DNA of 64,000 nucleotides from Methanobacteriota archaeon (lineage in GTDB: Archaea > Halobacteriota > Bog-38 > Methanoflorentales > Methanoflorentaceae): contig CAVRAO010000002.1 in NCBI GenBank assembly GCA_963719035.1, forward strand, positions 288,001 to 352,000. Reading direction: 5' to 3'. Made by a program: the position numbers and the translations under genes. The notes under the pieces were generated by a model that saw nothing but the letters and a program-made list of their open reading frames with translations, was not told where the DNA came from and searched no databases. Every line of letters starts with the position of its first letter. Position 1 is the stretch's first letter. Positions 31,054 to 40,393 of this stretch are shown piece by piece.

Positions 31054-31101
31054 TTTGACAAAAGACATAAACCTCCGTTTTTGCGGAGTGTCTAGGTCAA
31101 A
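31054..31101 (-). promoter_or_regulatory. Long imperfect hairpin in the probable rqcH 5' leader
   Basis: Three nested stems TTTGAC/GTCAAA, AGACA/TGTCT, CTCCG/CGGAG; minus-strand TATA TTTAAATA at 31126-31133 places the TSS near 31103. Confidence 0.5.
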
Positions 31102-31230
31102 CGTATCTAGGGTCTTTCACAATATTATTTAAAGCGCTGGTTAACGTTTGAATTTTTAACCAAGTCTAATCTTGCAGATGTGAAGCCGCAAAACATATAA
31201 GCACAGTTGAATGTTAGTTGATGTCGAAGC

Positions 31231-31596
31231 ATGGCAAAAACTAAAGGAAAAGCCGCCCCTAAAACTGAAAAAAAAGGTGCCTCGCGAAAGGCTGAAAAAA
31301 AGGGCGTGGCAAAAACCGATGAAAAGCAAGAGCCAGATAGACACGTTAAGCATGTCGAAGGCATTAAAAAGACAGCACTTTCATCGCTACTCGGCATTGC
31401 CGGAGGAGTGGCTTCGTTCTATCTACCTGCTTATTGGATTTTCATCCTTATTGCAATCGTATACAGTCAAAGGATTATTCTGCCTCGTATCGGTGTTGAC
31501 GCTAAAGAATATCGCGCGACGGACTGGTTTTTCCTTGTGTTCATGACCGTCGCGTTCTGGTTTGTCAGCTGGACGATATTGCTCAATCCAGCATGA
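31231..31596 (+). CDS. EMC6-like archaeal membrane protein (DUF5379-like)
   Basis: Lys-rich N-terminus, three hydrophobic segments, DWF...FMT...WFVSWTILLN; conserved position before ABCE1. Confidence 0.75.
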   Translation: MAKTKGKAAPKTEKKGASRKAEKKGVAKTDEKQEPDRHVKHVEGIKKTALSSLLGIAGGVASFYLPAYWIFILIAIVYSQRIILPRIGVDAKEYRATDWFFLVFMTVAFWFVSWTILLNPA

Positions 31597-31620
31597 CCAA
31601 GCTAAAACGAGCACATTCCG

Positions 31621-33384
31621 ATGAGAATAGCAGTGCTGAAAAAAGACAGCTGTCGCAGTAAAAAATGCGGCACAGAGTGTCTACGTTTTTGTCCCCCTGT
31701 CAGAACAGGCGACGAAACGATCGTTATCGGAGCAAACGGTAAACCCGTCATTTCAGAAGAGCTTTGTGTCGGGTGCGGGATCTGTATAAAAAAATGTCCA
31801 TTCGGAGCAATAACGATAGTCAGTTTACCTGAAGAACTCGAGAAACCGACCCATCGTTACGGCGTTAATGGTTTTGCTGTATATGGACTCGCCGTTCCAC
31901 GCAGTGGCCGCGTCACAGGCATCTTAGGGCCAAATGGCATAGGTAAAACAACTATAATCAATATCCTCACCGGTGAGACTAAACCTAACTTTGGCCGAGA
32001 CAACGTTAGAGAGGAGGATATTCTTGAGTATTACGCGGGTACCGACGTACACGATTATTTGAAAAGTGTTTATGACGGCAAAATTAGAACTGCTAGCAAG
32101 CCACAGTACGTCGACAATATACCTCGCGCGTACACCGGCAAAGTCATTGATCTCATAAAAAAAGCTGACGAACGTGGAGTGCGGAGCACGCTGTTCAGTC
32201 AACTTGAGCTGGATAACGTCGAAGAGCGGGAGGTAAGACATTTAAGCGGAGGTGAATTACAACGCCTCGCCATTGCAGCTACCATCGCTCGCGATGCGGA
32301 TTTTTACTTTTTCGACGAACTTACACCCTACCTCGATATATATCAACGTGTTAACGTTGCACACACAATTAGAGAGCTTGCGAAGCGAAAGACAGTCCTC
32401 GTCGTCGAGCACGATCTCGCCATACTTGATTTGCTCGCAGATGTTGTGCATATTGTTTACGGCGAGCCAGGAACGTACGGCGTTATTACAAATCCAAAAG
32501 CGGTTAGAGTAGGGATAAATGAGTATCTCTCAGGGTATCTTCGAGAAGAGAATGTTCGAATTAGAGCAGAGGCGATTAAATTTGAGCTCCATGCCCCACG
32601 CCTTGACATAGATACGCGCATCTTAGCACACGTAGAACACCTAAAGAAGAGTTATAATTCGTTCAAATTCGAAGCAGCCGGTGGCGACCTTACAAAAGGT
32701 GTGATCGGCATTATGGGCGCAAACGGTACTGGGAAAACAACGTTCGTCAAGTTACTCGCAGGTGTGATCAAACCTGACGAAGGCAGTGTCGACGTCGAGG
32801 TAAAGACCTCTTATAAGCCGCAGTACTTGACAAGAAACGACAACGCAGACGAAAGCGTCGGCTCCCTATTAAAATCGATTACAGATTTGTATGATTCAAG
32901 CTACTACCGAACCGAAATCCTGCGACCATTACAACTTGAACGTATACTAGACAGGTCGCTCGAGAAACTGAGTGGCGGCGAGCTCCAGCGAGTGGCCATC
33001 GCCGCTTGCCTCAGCCGCAGCGCAGACCTTTTTATGCTTGATGAACCGAGCGCACACCTCGATGTAGAACAAAGGGCTTTAGCTACGAGTCTTATCAGGC
33101 GCTTCACCGAGAATAAGAAGGCGGGTACACTTCTCGTTGACCATGATATCTATATGATAGACCTCGCAAGTGAGCGATTAATGGTTTTTACAGGGAAACC
33201 TGGCGCAAACGGAACAGCTGAAGGTCCTTTTGATATGCACATAGGCATGAATCGCTTTTTGAAACACATAGGAATAACTTTTAGGCGAGATGAAGACAGC
33301 CACCGCCCACGAGTAAATAAAATGGGTTCCAAGAAGGACCGGAAACAACGCGAAGAGGGCGAGTACTATTATCCAGAGCAATAG
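31621..33384 (+). CDS. rli: Ribosome recycling ATPase ABCE1/RLI
   Basis: N-terminal Fe-S domain (C..KKC..EC...CP, CVGCGICIKKCP), two ABC domains (GPNGIGKTT, LSGGELQR), ITFRRD..S.RPRVNK. Confidence 0.98.
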   Translation: MRIAVLKKDSCRSKKCGTECLRFCPPVRTGDETIVIGANGKPVISEELCVGCGICIKKCPFGAITIVSLPEELEKPTHRYGVNGFAVYGLAVPRSGRVTGILGPNGIGKTTIINILTGETKPNFGRDNVREEDILEYYAGTDVHDYLKSVYDGKIRTASKPQYVDNIPRAYTGKVIDLIKKADERGVRSTLFSQLELDNVEEREVRHLSGGELQRLAIAATIARDADFYFFDELTPYLDIYQRVNVAHTIRELAKRKTVLVVEHDLAILDLLADVVHIVYGEPGTYGVITNPKAVRVGINEYLSGYLREENVRIRAEAIKFELHAPRLDIDTRILAHVEHLKKSYNSFKFEAAGGDLTKGVIGIMGANGTGKTTFVKLLAGVIKPDEGSVDVEVKTSYKPQYLTRNDNADESVGSLLKSITDLYDSSYYRTEILRPLQLERILDRSLEKLSGGELQRVAIAACLSRSADLFMLDEPSAHLDVEQRALATSLIRRFTENKKAGTLLVDHDIYMIDLASERLMVFTGKPGANGTAEGPFDMHIGMNRFLKHIGITFRRDEDSHRPRVNKMGSKKDRKQREEGEYYYPEQ

Positions 33385-33413
33385 CCCTCCTTCTCTAGAG
33401 GTTTCGGAAGCAT

Positions 33414-34190
33414 ATGGCGTTTCCAAATGATCTGTACGATTTGAGCTCGTCTGCAGGCATCTTGTTGAGAATTTTGCTCTTTGGAGCTCTCACTATCATC
33501 GTCGCACAGGTGATTGAGACTTTGCTCGAACGATACTTACGACAAGCTTCGATACGGCTAAGAGTAAGCCCTACAAAGTATCTCGTGCTTCGGCGGCTCG
33601 TTGTTGCTGCGGTCTACGTAACGGGCGTCATCATCCTCATCTATTCAACGCCGCAGCTGCAATCGCTCTCCGTCGCTATTTTTACAAGCGTCAGCATTAT
33701 CGGTATCGTCGTCGGCATTGCTGCTCAGAGCACCATTTCAAATGTCATCGCAGGTTTAGCAATTGTTGTATTCAAGCCCTTTGGCGTTGGTGACTTTGTG
33801 ACCGTGCGCGGCGAATCGGGTTTTGTAGAGGATATCACCTTTAGACATACGGTCATTCGTCTTCTCGATGCCCACATGATCGTCCCGAACTCAGCGATGA
33901 CAAGTGAGGTGGTGTTTAACCACTCAGATCATAACATTGCATCCCGCATAGACGTTCGCGTTTCTTACGACTCGGATTTGAGCTTAACAAGACAAATTAT
34001 CCAACAGGAAGCACAGAAAACCGCTGAGGTTGAGCAAGACACGATAGAAGTGTTTTTATCAAAAACGGATGAGCAAGGGGTTACGTTTTCGCTTGTCTTT
34101 AGATTAGAGGGTTCGCCATTTGACTCCGTAAGCAGTCTTAAAGAGAGAATCGTTCTTCGACTTTTGAGCGAAAACGTGACCTTAAGGTGA
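33414..34190 (+). CDS. Small-conductance mechanosensitive channel (MscS family)
   Basis: GIAAQSTISNVIAG, KPFGVGD, G.VEDI.FR.T, IVPNS. Confidence 0.92.
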   Translation: MAFPNDLYDLSSSAGILLRILLFGALTIIVAQVIETLLERYLRQASIRLRVSPTKYLVLRRLVVAAVYVTGVIILIYSTPQLQSLSVAIFTSVSIIGIVVGIAAQSTISNVIAGLAIVVFKPFGVGDFVTVRGESGFVEDITFRHTVIRLLDAHMIVPNSAMTSEVVFNHSDHNIASRIDVRVSYDSDLSLTRQIIQQEAQKTAEVEQDTIEVFLSKTDEQGVTFSLVFRLEGSPFDSVSSLKERIVLRLLSENVTLR

Positions 34191-34260
34191 TTTAGAAGAA
34201 CTAACTACCACACGTCTGCGTTACTAATCGCGGAGCATGAACTGACATAAATTTCTAGTC

Positions 34261-35556
34261 TTACTGCAGCAGCAAAAAAATGACGACTGCCGCTAAGGCA
34301 CCGGCAACAGTTGCGAGCAAATTCACTGAGCTATTCGTTAAGTAATGTCTTCGCTCTAATACCGCCCCCAAAACGCTGTCGACGTTAGCCCCGAAAAAGC
34401 CGCCTAGAATGACGGGAACCATCGTGTTGACTGCCCCGACGCCAAGTAAGACCGCTATGATCGCTATTGCTCCAGCTCCTGCTAACGCAGAGTACTCGCC
34501 AAGCGTGGTTATTCCCCCATCTGTGCCATGTGATACTAACTTCAGATCAGTAATCAATCGCGGCAGCTTCCTGTAAGTCTGTCCAATTTCACTCGCTAAG
34601 GTATCACCAGTAGCTGTCGCCACGGCACCGATATAAGCTGTAACAAGCAAAGCGTTGCCTGTGATCCCAAAAGCGATGGCGCAAACTAGAGCCACAAGTC
34701 CGTTTCCGAAGACATTCCTATATCCCCTCGCGCCACCCCCTTCTTGCGCAATGCCAATAGCTCGTTTGTAGTCGTACTTATATTTCGTAAAGACCCCCCC
34801 AATGACGAAAAATGAGAGGATGAGCACGAACCACCGAAAGTCCGTGAATGAAACGATTAAGAGACCCATTAGGATGCCGCTGAGAACGCCTGAAACATCC
34901 GCCAGTTGGACCCTCCCAAGGGTATACCCTAAGAAGATCATAAAAAGCAACGTTAAAAGAAGTCGTAGCACCGGCACTGAGTAATCAAATCCGACGAATA
35001 GCCACATAACTAAGCCAATGCCGAGCGGCACGACTACGTTCTCCTCTATTCCGCGTAAAATAGTCTTCAACAGCGCCCCCACAAGCGCGCCAATCATAGC
35101 AACGAAAAGCAAAAAGTCGGCTGACGTGCTCACGCTCGTAAAAGTAGCAGCCACCCCTCCGACCAGAAAACCGAAGAAGCCTCCAGACAACACGAAGATC
35201 AGGCTGCTTGTGAAACTACCATAAGAATCAAACAAAACGGCAAGAACCTCTGCCAACGTTACAATTATAATAACCGTGCTGACTATATACAACGGTAAGC
35301 CTGAGACCACACTAAAGATGCAAAGCGCAGTCAAAGAAAGTGTGAGGGCCAGCGGTTTTATAAGCACTTCGCTTTTTCGGTCCGCAACAGTTGCCAGTAA
35401 CATGAACACATGCATCTTGGGGTTTATGAGCGCTATAAGCAAAGACAAAAACAAAAAGAGAAAAAGTGAGCCCGTGCTCCCTAAAAAAGGAACAACCAAG
35501 GCGACCAAACCAAAACTCGCGCGAATTAGCAGTCTACGTGCTGTAACAACATTCAC
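34261..35556 (-). CDS. TIGR00297/DUF92 family integral membrane protein
   Basis: FFVIGG.FTKYKY..K, GARG..NV.GNG, ATATGDTLASEIG, GTDGGIT..G, DSVLGA.LE, NSSVNLLAT. Confidence 0.9.
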   Translation of the reverse strand: MNVVTARRLLIRASFGLVALVVPFLGSTGSLFLFLFLSLLIALINPKMHVFMLLATVADRKSEVLIKPLALTLSLTALCIFSVVSGLPLYIVSTVIIIVTLAEVLAVLFDSYGSFTSSLIFVLSGGFFGFLVGGVAATFTSVSTSADFLLFVAMIGALVGALLKTILRGIEENVVVPLGIGLVMWLFVGFDYSVPVLRLLLTLLFMIFLGYTLGRVQLADVSGVLSGILMGLLIVSFTDFRWFVLILSFFVIGGVFTKYKYDYKRAIGIAQEGGGARGYRNVFGNGLVALVCAIAFGITGNALLVTAYIGAVATATGDTLASEIGQTYRKLPRLITDLKLVSHGTDGGITTLGEYSALAGAGAIAIIAVLLGVGAVNTMVPVILGGFFGANVDSVLGAVLERRHYLTNSSVNLLATVAGALAAVVIFLLLQ

Positions 35557-35644
35557 GCTAATCCCGTTCTAGTTCAAGCTCGAAGTACTTTATGTTTACG
35601 ACGGTTCCGGTGGAAAGAGGCTAAAAGCCAAGACCAAACGACAC

Positions 35645-36283
35645 ATGATTTCAAACCTTTACGAGCGAAGGCTTCTCAATCAAATTCAAGAAGTACCACG
35701 ACACGTTGCGCTTGTTGTCGCTGAAAAAGACCTCAATACTGTTGAAGCGTATAAAAAGTTAGGTGCCTTTACGTCGTGGTGCCGCGACATTGGGATAAGT
35801 CGCGTTACAGTTTACATAAACATGCTGCGTCTAGGAGAGGAAGTCAACCAAAGGTTGCGATCACAGATAGTCCAAAGAGTATCGGATAGCCTTCAATCTT
35901 CATCAATTGCTGCTACCATTTATTCTCCAGACGCCAAAGACCCCACAAGCAGCGATCAAGCTCCCGATGTGAGTTTCTCTATTGGGTATGGTGGAAAGAA
36001 AGAGCTCGTCGATGCCATTAGATCGATAGCACAGAAGGTAATGGATAAGGAGCTAAGAGCTAATGAGATATCTGAAGAAACTGTAAGTGCACATCTCATA
36101 TTCAAAGAAGAGCCTGAACTAGTAATACGAACGGGTGAGAATCGGCTGACTGATTTTTTGATATGGCAAGCTGTTTATTCAGAACTATACTTCACTGAAG
36201 TGAACTGGGCAAATTTCCGGAGAATGGATTTGTTGAGGGCTGTACGCGACTATCAGAAAAGAAAACAGCGGCACGGGCTCTGA
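35645..36283 (+). CDS. cis-prenyltransferase-like subunit (NgBR/Nus1-like, lacks DGNRR)
   Basis: P.HVAL without DGNRR; IGYGGK.E, PELVIRTG..RL.DFLIWQAVYSELYF; C-terminal RxG (QRHGL). Confidence 0.88.
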   Translation: MISNLYERRLLNQIQEVPRHVALVVAEKDLNTVEAYKKLGAFTSWCRDIGISRVTVYINMLRLGEEVNQRLRSQIVQRVSDSLQSSSIAATIYSPDAKDPTSSDQAPDVSFSIGYGGKKELVDAIRSIAQKVMDKELRANEISEETVSAHLIFKEEPELVIRTGENRLTDFLIWQAVYSELYFTEVNWANFRRMDLLRAVRDYQKRKQRHGL

Positions 36284-36398
36284 TCATAAATAAATACTCT
36301 TCATTACGCGCGATTGTGCTTCACACAGATGATAAACCTTGAGCGGCAAGCCGTTCGAACTTCAACGCGCTATACGACACATTCAGTTCAAAGTGATC

Positions 36399-37346
36399 AT
36401 GAATATCGCACTTAAACTGCTTACCTCAGCTAAATTCACAGTCGCCATAATTGCCGTGATTATCACTCTAGCAGCGGTCAGCACTATTTATCCCGGGGGC
36501 GATGTAATTTTTGGGTCCTGGCTTTTCCTTTTCTTGATTGGACTGCTTGCATTATCAACCGCAAGTTGCAGTTTGACGAGAATCCCCCCCTTATGGCGCG
36601 CTGTTACGCATCCCACGGTAGAAGTCGACGATCAATTTATACAAAAGCTCCCGTACCACGCAAACCTCACGGGAGTTAAGGTTTCACAATTTAAAGCCCA
36701 TTTGAGAGGATACAAATGGTATGAATCGATTAGTTCCGAAACCACTTTCATATTTGCACAAAAAGGAAGAATTGGCAGATTCGGACCCCATATCGCGCAC
36801 TTTGGCGTGTTAATTCTCTTGTTGGGAGTCGTTATCGGAGCGGCTTATGGTCAAGCAAACCCCTACAGCGATAAGATTATGGTGATTCCAGTTGGTGGCT
36901 CGCAGCAAGTTGATGGCTTTGCTCTACGACTCGATGGCTTTCACGTGAGCTATTATGATGACGGTGCTGTGCGGGAATACAGGGCGACTGTCACAATAAT
37001 AGATGGCAATCAAATGCAAACTCGCGATATCACCATAAATGGGCCGATAAGCTACAGAGGGTTGACTTTCTTGTTATACGGCTATGATTCTAACGGAGTG
37101 TATGAATCTGGAAAGGCAAGCTGGGTTGCATTTCAAATAAAGAACGATGCCGGAATTGCCCTGGTTTGGGCGGGGGCTGCAGTGACGCTTATTGGAATTA
37201 TGTTGTCTCTCTATGTGTCACATAAAAGGATCTGGATAATATTCTATAAAGAACGTACTATACTTGGAGCGATAAGCAATAAAAAATCAGCACGATTTTT
37301 AAGAGACATTGATAATTTATGTGCAAAGCTTAAGGATGGTTCTTAA
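36399..37346 (+). CDS. resB: Cytochrome c biogenesis protein ResB/CcsB (System II)
   Basis: N-terminal TM pair with IF.SW.F..L, STASCS..R, AQKG..GRFG..IAH.G..I.LLG, soluble domain with ITINGPISYRG, C-terminal DAG..LVW.G and SLY..H.RIW. Confidence 0.85.
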   Translation: MNIALKLLTSAKFTVAIIAVIITLAAVSTIYPGGDVIFGSWLFLFLIGLLALSTASCSLTRIPPLWRAVTHPTVEVDDQFIQKLPYHANLTGVKVSQFKAHLRGYKWYESISSETTFIFAQKGRIGRFGPHIAHFGVLILLLGVVIGAAYGQANPYSDKIMVIPVGGSQQVDGFALRLDGFHVSYYDDGAVREYRATVTIIDGNQMQTRDITINGPISYRGLTFLLYGYDSNGVYESGKASWVAFQIKNDAGIALVWAGAAVTLIGIMLSLYVSHKRIWIIFYKERTILGAISNKKSARFLRDIDNLCAKLKDGS

Positions 37347-37412
37347 GAACCACATCACGTGATCAGATTAACAAAAGAGAAATAATGTTTCGTTGAACTG
37401 ATAAAACGACCT

Positions 37413-38477
37413 ATGGACATCGCAGCTCTTGAACATTTAGGATTCGAAATTGCACTTGGTGCTTACCTCATATCATCGATCCTTTTTATCCTCTATTTGT
37501 CAACAAAAAAACGACGCCTTGCAGATATGGGATTTACCCTCATAGGCTTCGGATTCGCGTTTCAAACCCTTGCACTTATAACAAGATGGTTTTATGCGGG
37601 CCACCCGCCGTGGGTGAATACCTACGAAGTCATGTCGTTTTTTGCATGGACCATTGTGGGTGCATATCTCGCACTAAACGTCAGAACTGATTATAAGAGC
37701 GTCGGAACGCTCGTCGCGCCGCTCGCGTTCGCTATGCTTGGCTTCGCCTCATTACAGCCTTCAAACCCGGCGCCACTCATCCCTGCACTGCAGAGCGTCT
37801 GGCTGCTCATACACGTTCCCATCGTTGTGGCATCCTATTGCGCTCTCTTTATCGCGTTCGTGGCAAGCATTCTCTTTTTATTTAAAGACAAGCAGCTGAA
37901 CGAGCGGCGTCCTTTGGTGGACAATCGTCTGCCGAGAAAAAGGTCCGTGAACACCACGCCTGTAATCTCGCAGGAAACTACAAGCATCCTTGATAAGTTA
38001 AGTTTAGACCAGTTGGATGACTTAGCATACAGAAGCGTCGCAGTTGGATTCCCCCTCCTCACCATTGGAATTGTGACCGGAGCGATATGGGCTGAAGCTG
38101 CCTGGGGAAGCTACTGGAGCTGGGATCCAAAAGAGACGTGGTCGCTGATCACGTGGTTTGTCTTTTTGATCTATTTGCACGCAAAAACGCAGAATTGGAG
38201 TTCTTCGCTTGCAGCTTACATCGCTTCGTTTGGATTTATTTCCGTTATGTGCACATTTTTGGGCGTAGGGTATGTCCTTCCATTTCTCGAAACCTATATT
38301 AGTGTCAGCACGGGGTTGCATGGTTATACTGGGGGCGGTGATGTCGCGGGCACCGTATTTTTCTGTGGGATCGTAGGCTTCGTATTCTTATTGCTCTTCG
38401 TGACGCGTAAAAGGCCACCACGCCCAAGCGACGCGCCGTTAGCTGAAGCCAAAACCGAAGCTGCCCAAATTAATTAG
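37413..38477 (+). CDS. resC: Cytochrome c biogenesis protein ResC/CcsA (System II)
   Basis: RW..AGHPP..N.YE, PALQS.WL.IHV, GFPLLTIGI.TGAIWA..AWG.YWSWDPKETW (CcsA-type WWD), YLH, GLHGY. Confidence 0.93.
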   Translation: MDIAALEHLGFEIALGAYLISSILFILYLSTKKRRLADMGFTLIGFGFAFQTLALITRWFYAGHPPWVNTYEVMSFFAWTIVGAYLALNVRTDYKSVGTLVAPLAFAMLGFASLQPSNPAPLIPALQSVWLLIHVPIVVASYCALFIAFVASILFLFKDKQLNERRPLVDNRLPRKRSVNTTPVISQETTSILDKLSLDQLDDLAYRSVAVGFPLLTIGIVTGAIWAEAAWGSYWSWDPKETWSLITWFVFLIYLHAKTQNWSSSLAAYIASFGFISVMCTFLGVGYVLPFLETYISVSTGLHGYTGGGDVAGTVFFCGIVGFVFLLLFVTRKRPPRPSDAPLAEAKTEAAQIN

Positions 38478-39067
38478 TCGCAGAGCGTCTTTTTGTTCAA
38501 TAATTCGATATCTTCAAAGTCGTTGATGTTAATAAAAGTGCATAATTCCGGGTCGATGACACGAATCTCTTCTTTTGGCACATAGTTAGCCTGTAATTGA
38601 TCAACAACGTACATAATCGCACCTTTTCGCCTTCGAATTGCCGCTTTAGCAGCGCGAATCGTCGTCTCGCGCCGATATACTGCGTGCAAAGGTTCCAGGG
38701 GATAAGGAATGGCCACGTCGTATCCCACAGCCTTCTGAAAAAGCAAATCTACGACGTCTGCTTTTATGAAAGGCATATCACATGCTGCAACGAACGAATA
38801 CTCAAAACTCGACACTTTTAGTCCACTGCAAATGCCTGCCACAGGGCCGAAGCCTTGGACCTCGTCTCGAACAATTTTGACTCCAGCAAGGTGTAACTTC
38901 TTTTGCTGCTCTTCGTCTCGAGCGACAACAACAATCTCATCAACACAACCAGACAGTGTTTCGACAATATGGTTCAGTATCGGTTTCCCACGCAGTTTAA
39001 GCAATGCCTTCTCTACATAATTCAGTCTGGAACCCTTGCCTCCCGCCAGGACTATAGCAGTTCTCAT
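38474..39067 (-). CDS. mobA: Molybdenum cofactor guanylyltransferase
   Basis: LAGGKGSRL..EKA, GPVAGI, ACDMPF, EPLHAVY, F.NIN. Confidence 0.93.
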   Translation of the reverse strand: MRTAIVLAGGKGSRLNYVEKALLKLRGKPILNHIVETLSGCVDEIVVVARDEEQQKKLHLAGVKIVRDEVQGFGPVAGICSGLKVSSFEYSFVAACDMPFIKADVVDLLFQKAVGYDVAIPYPLEPLHAVYRRETTIRAAKAAIRRRKGAIMYVVDQLQANYVPKEEIRVIDPELCTFININDFEDIELLNKKTLCD

Positions 39068-40011
39068 TAATCGTTTTGAGCTTTAATTCCAGGGACAAAA
39101 TCTCGGAGAATCTCGTTAACCTCTTCGTGCGTGATAACGCAGGCTCTTCTCGATAGATTGAAGACCTCTTCAACTTCGACTTTGCCTATCTCGTTGAGAA
39201 ATAGAAAAGCGCGCTGAACGATATTGACCCTGCGTTCCTGCTCTCGCTTTTGATAAGTACGTACAGCTCTTAGAAGATCAATTCTTCGAAACTCTGGCCA
39301 ATAAGGGGCACAGAAATATGAACAACACTCGTTACCGTTAGCCTGCCAAGGGAGAAAGTTGGACGTTCGTTCTTCACCGCCTGACCTGATTATGAGGTCA
39401 ACGTCAGCGAGTGCATTATTGCTGTAAAAAAGCTCTGAAAGGGCGTTTTCATCGATTTCATCAACAGTTATTACGTTGTTTTCTACCAGCTTTGCGATGG
39501 AGCGTACAACGTCCACGATCTCCTTTCTTCCCCCGTAAGCCAAAGCGAAGTTCAAGTAGTGTTTCTCGAATAGACGAGTGGCTTCTTCAACACGCTCTAC
39601 TGACCGAAGGACGCCGTCTGGCAACAAATCTCGTTCCCCGATCATTCGAACTCGAACCTCCTTTTTGTGGATTTGTTCTTCGTTGAACAAATCCACAAAT
39701 CTCTGTTCGATAAGCGAGAATAAGGACTCAAGCTCTTGCTCGGGCCGCCCGTAGTTTTCAGTTGAAAATGTATAGAGCGTTAGTTCCTTAATTCCAAGAT
39801 CGAGACACCACCATAAAACCCGCTCCGTCGTCAAAGCGCCGTAAAGGTGGCCATGTGCACGGGGTTCACCAATCTTGTCTGCATACCGACGGTTACCATC
39901 TTGTATGATGGCGACGTGTTGCGGAATGGGAGCTGCCTTTACTTCTTTGAACAAAAGCCGTTCGTAAGCTTTATATAAAGAATTATGAGCGTTTTGCCTG
40001 ATCCACGACAT
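39067..40011 (-). CDS. uppS: cis-prenyltransferase catalytic subunit (polyprenyl diphosphate synthase)
   Basis: PQHVAIIQDGNRRYA, FSTEN..RP, YGGR.EI, DLIIRSGGEERTSNFLPWQA. Confidence 0.95.
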   Translation of the reverse strand: MSWIRQNAHNSLYKAYERLLFKEVKAAPIPQHVAIIQDGNRRYADKIGEPRAHGHLYGALTTERVLWWCLDLGIKELTLYTFSTENYGRPEQELESLFSLIEQRFVDLFNEEQIHKKEVRVRMIGERDLLPDGVLRSVERVEEATRLFEKHYLNFALAYGGRKEIVDVVRSIAKLVENNVITVDEIDENALSELFYSNNALADVDLIIRSGGEERTSNFLPWQANGNECCSYFCAPYWPEFRRIDLLRAVRTYQKREQERRVNIVQRAFLFLNEIGKVEVEEVFNLSRRACVITHEEVNEILRDFVPGIKAQND

Positions 40012-40018
40012 AAAGCCC

Positions 40019-40360
40019 CTAAAACACGAAGTCCTTAGTTAGAGGGATATGCCCCTGTTCTTCGCTTAGAAGTGACTGAACGACTTCTTTGTATGAGTCC
40101 TTCAAAGAATAGACGTTGTGATTCTTGGTAACGTCAATCCTAAATATCCCCAACCGAGTATTCATAAGCCCTACCATTGCGGAAACTCCGCGATAACTCA
40201 CTTCGTAGCCGCTATCCTTCAATTGTTGGTACACCTCTTCAGTTGTAAAGATATGCTTTTTGAGAAACAGCTCGAGCACGGCCCTTCGTACTCCTAGCCC
40301 GTCCCTTTCAAGATAATTCTTCAAGCGGTCCTCAACGTTTCTGTCGTTCAGCTCAATCAC
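40019..40360 (-). CDS. DUF2551 family protein
   Basis: RL..YL.RD..G.RR..L, SYRGVSAMVGLMNTRLGI, Y.LK. Confidence 0.85.
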   Translation of the reverse strand: MIELNDRNVEDRLKNYLERDGLGVRRAVLELFLKKHIFTTEEVYQQLKDSGYEVSYRGVSAMVGLMNTRLGIFRIDVTKNHNVYSLKDSYKEVVQSLLSEEQGHIPLTKDFVF

Positions 40361-40393
40361 ATCCGAGGCGATAATAAATCACCAACGAGGTAT

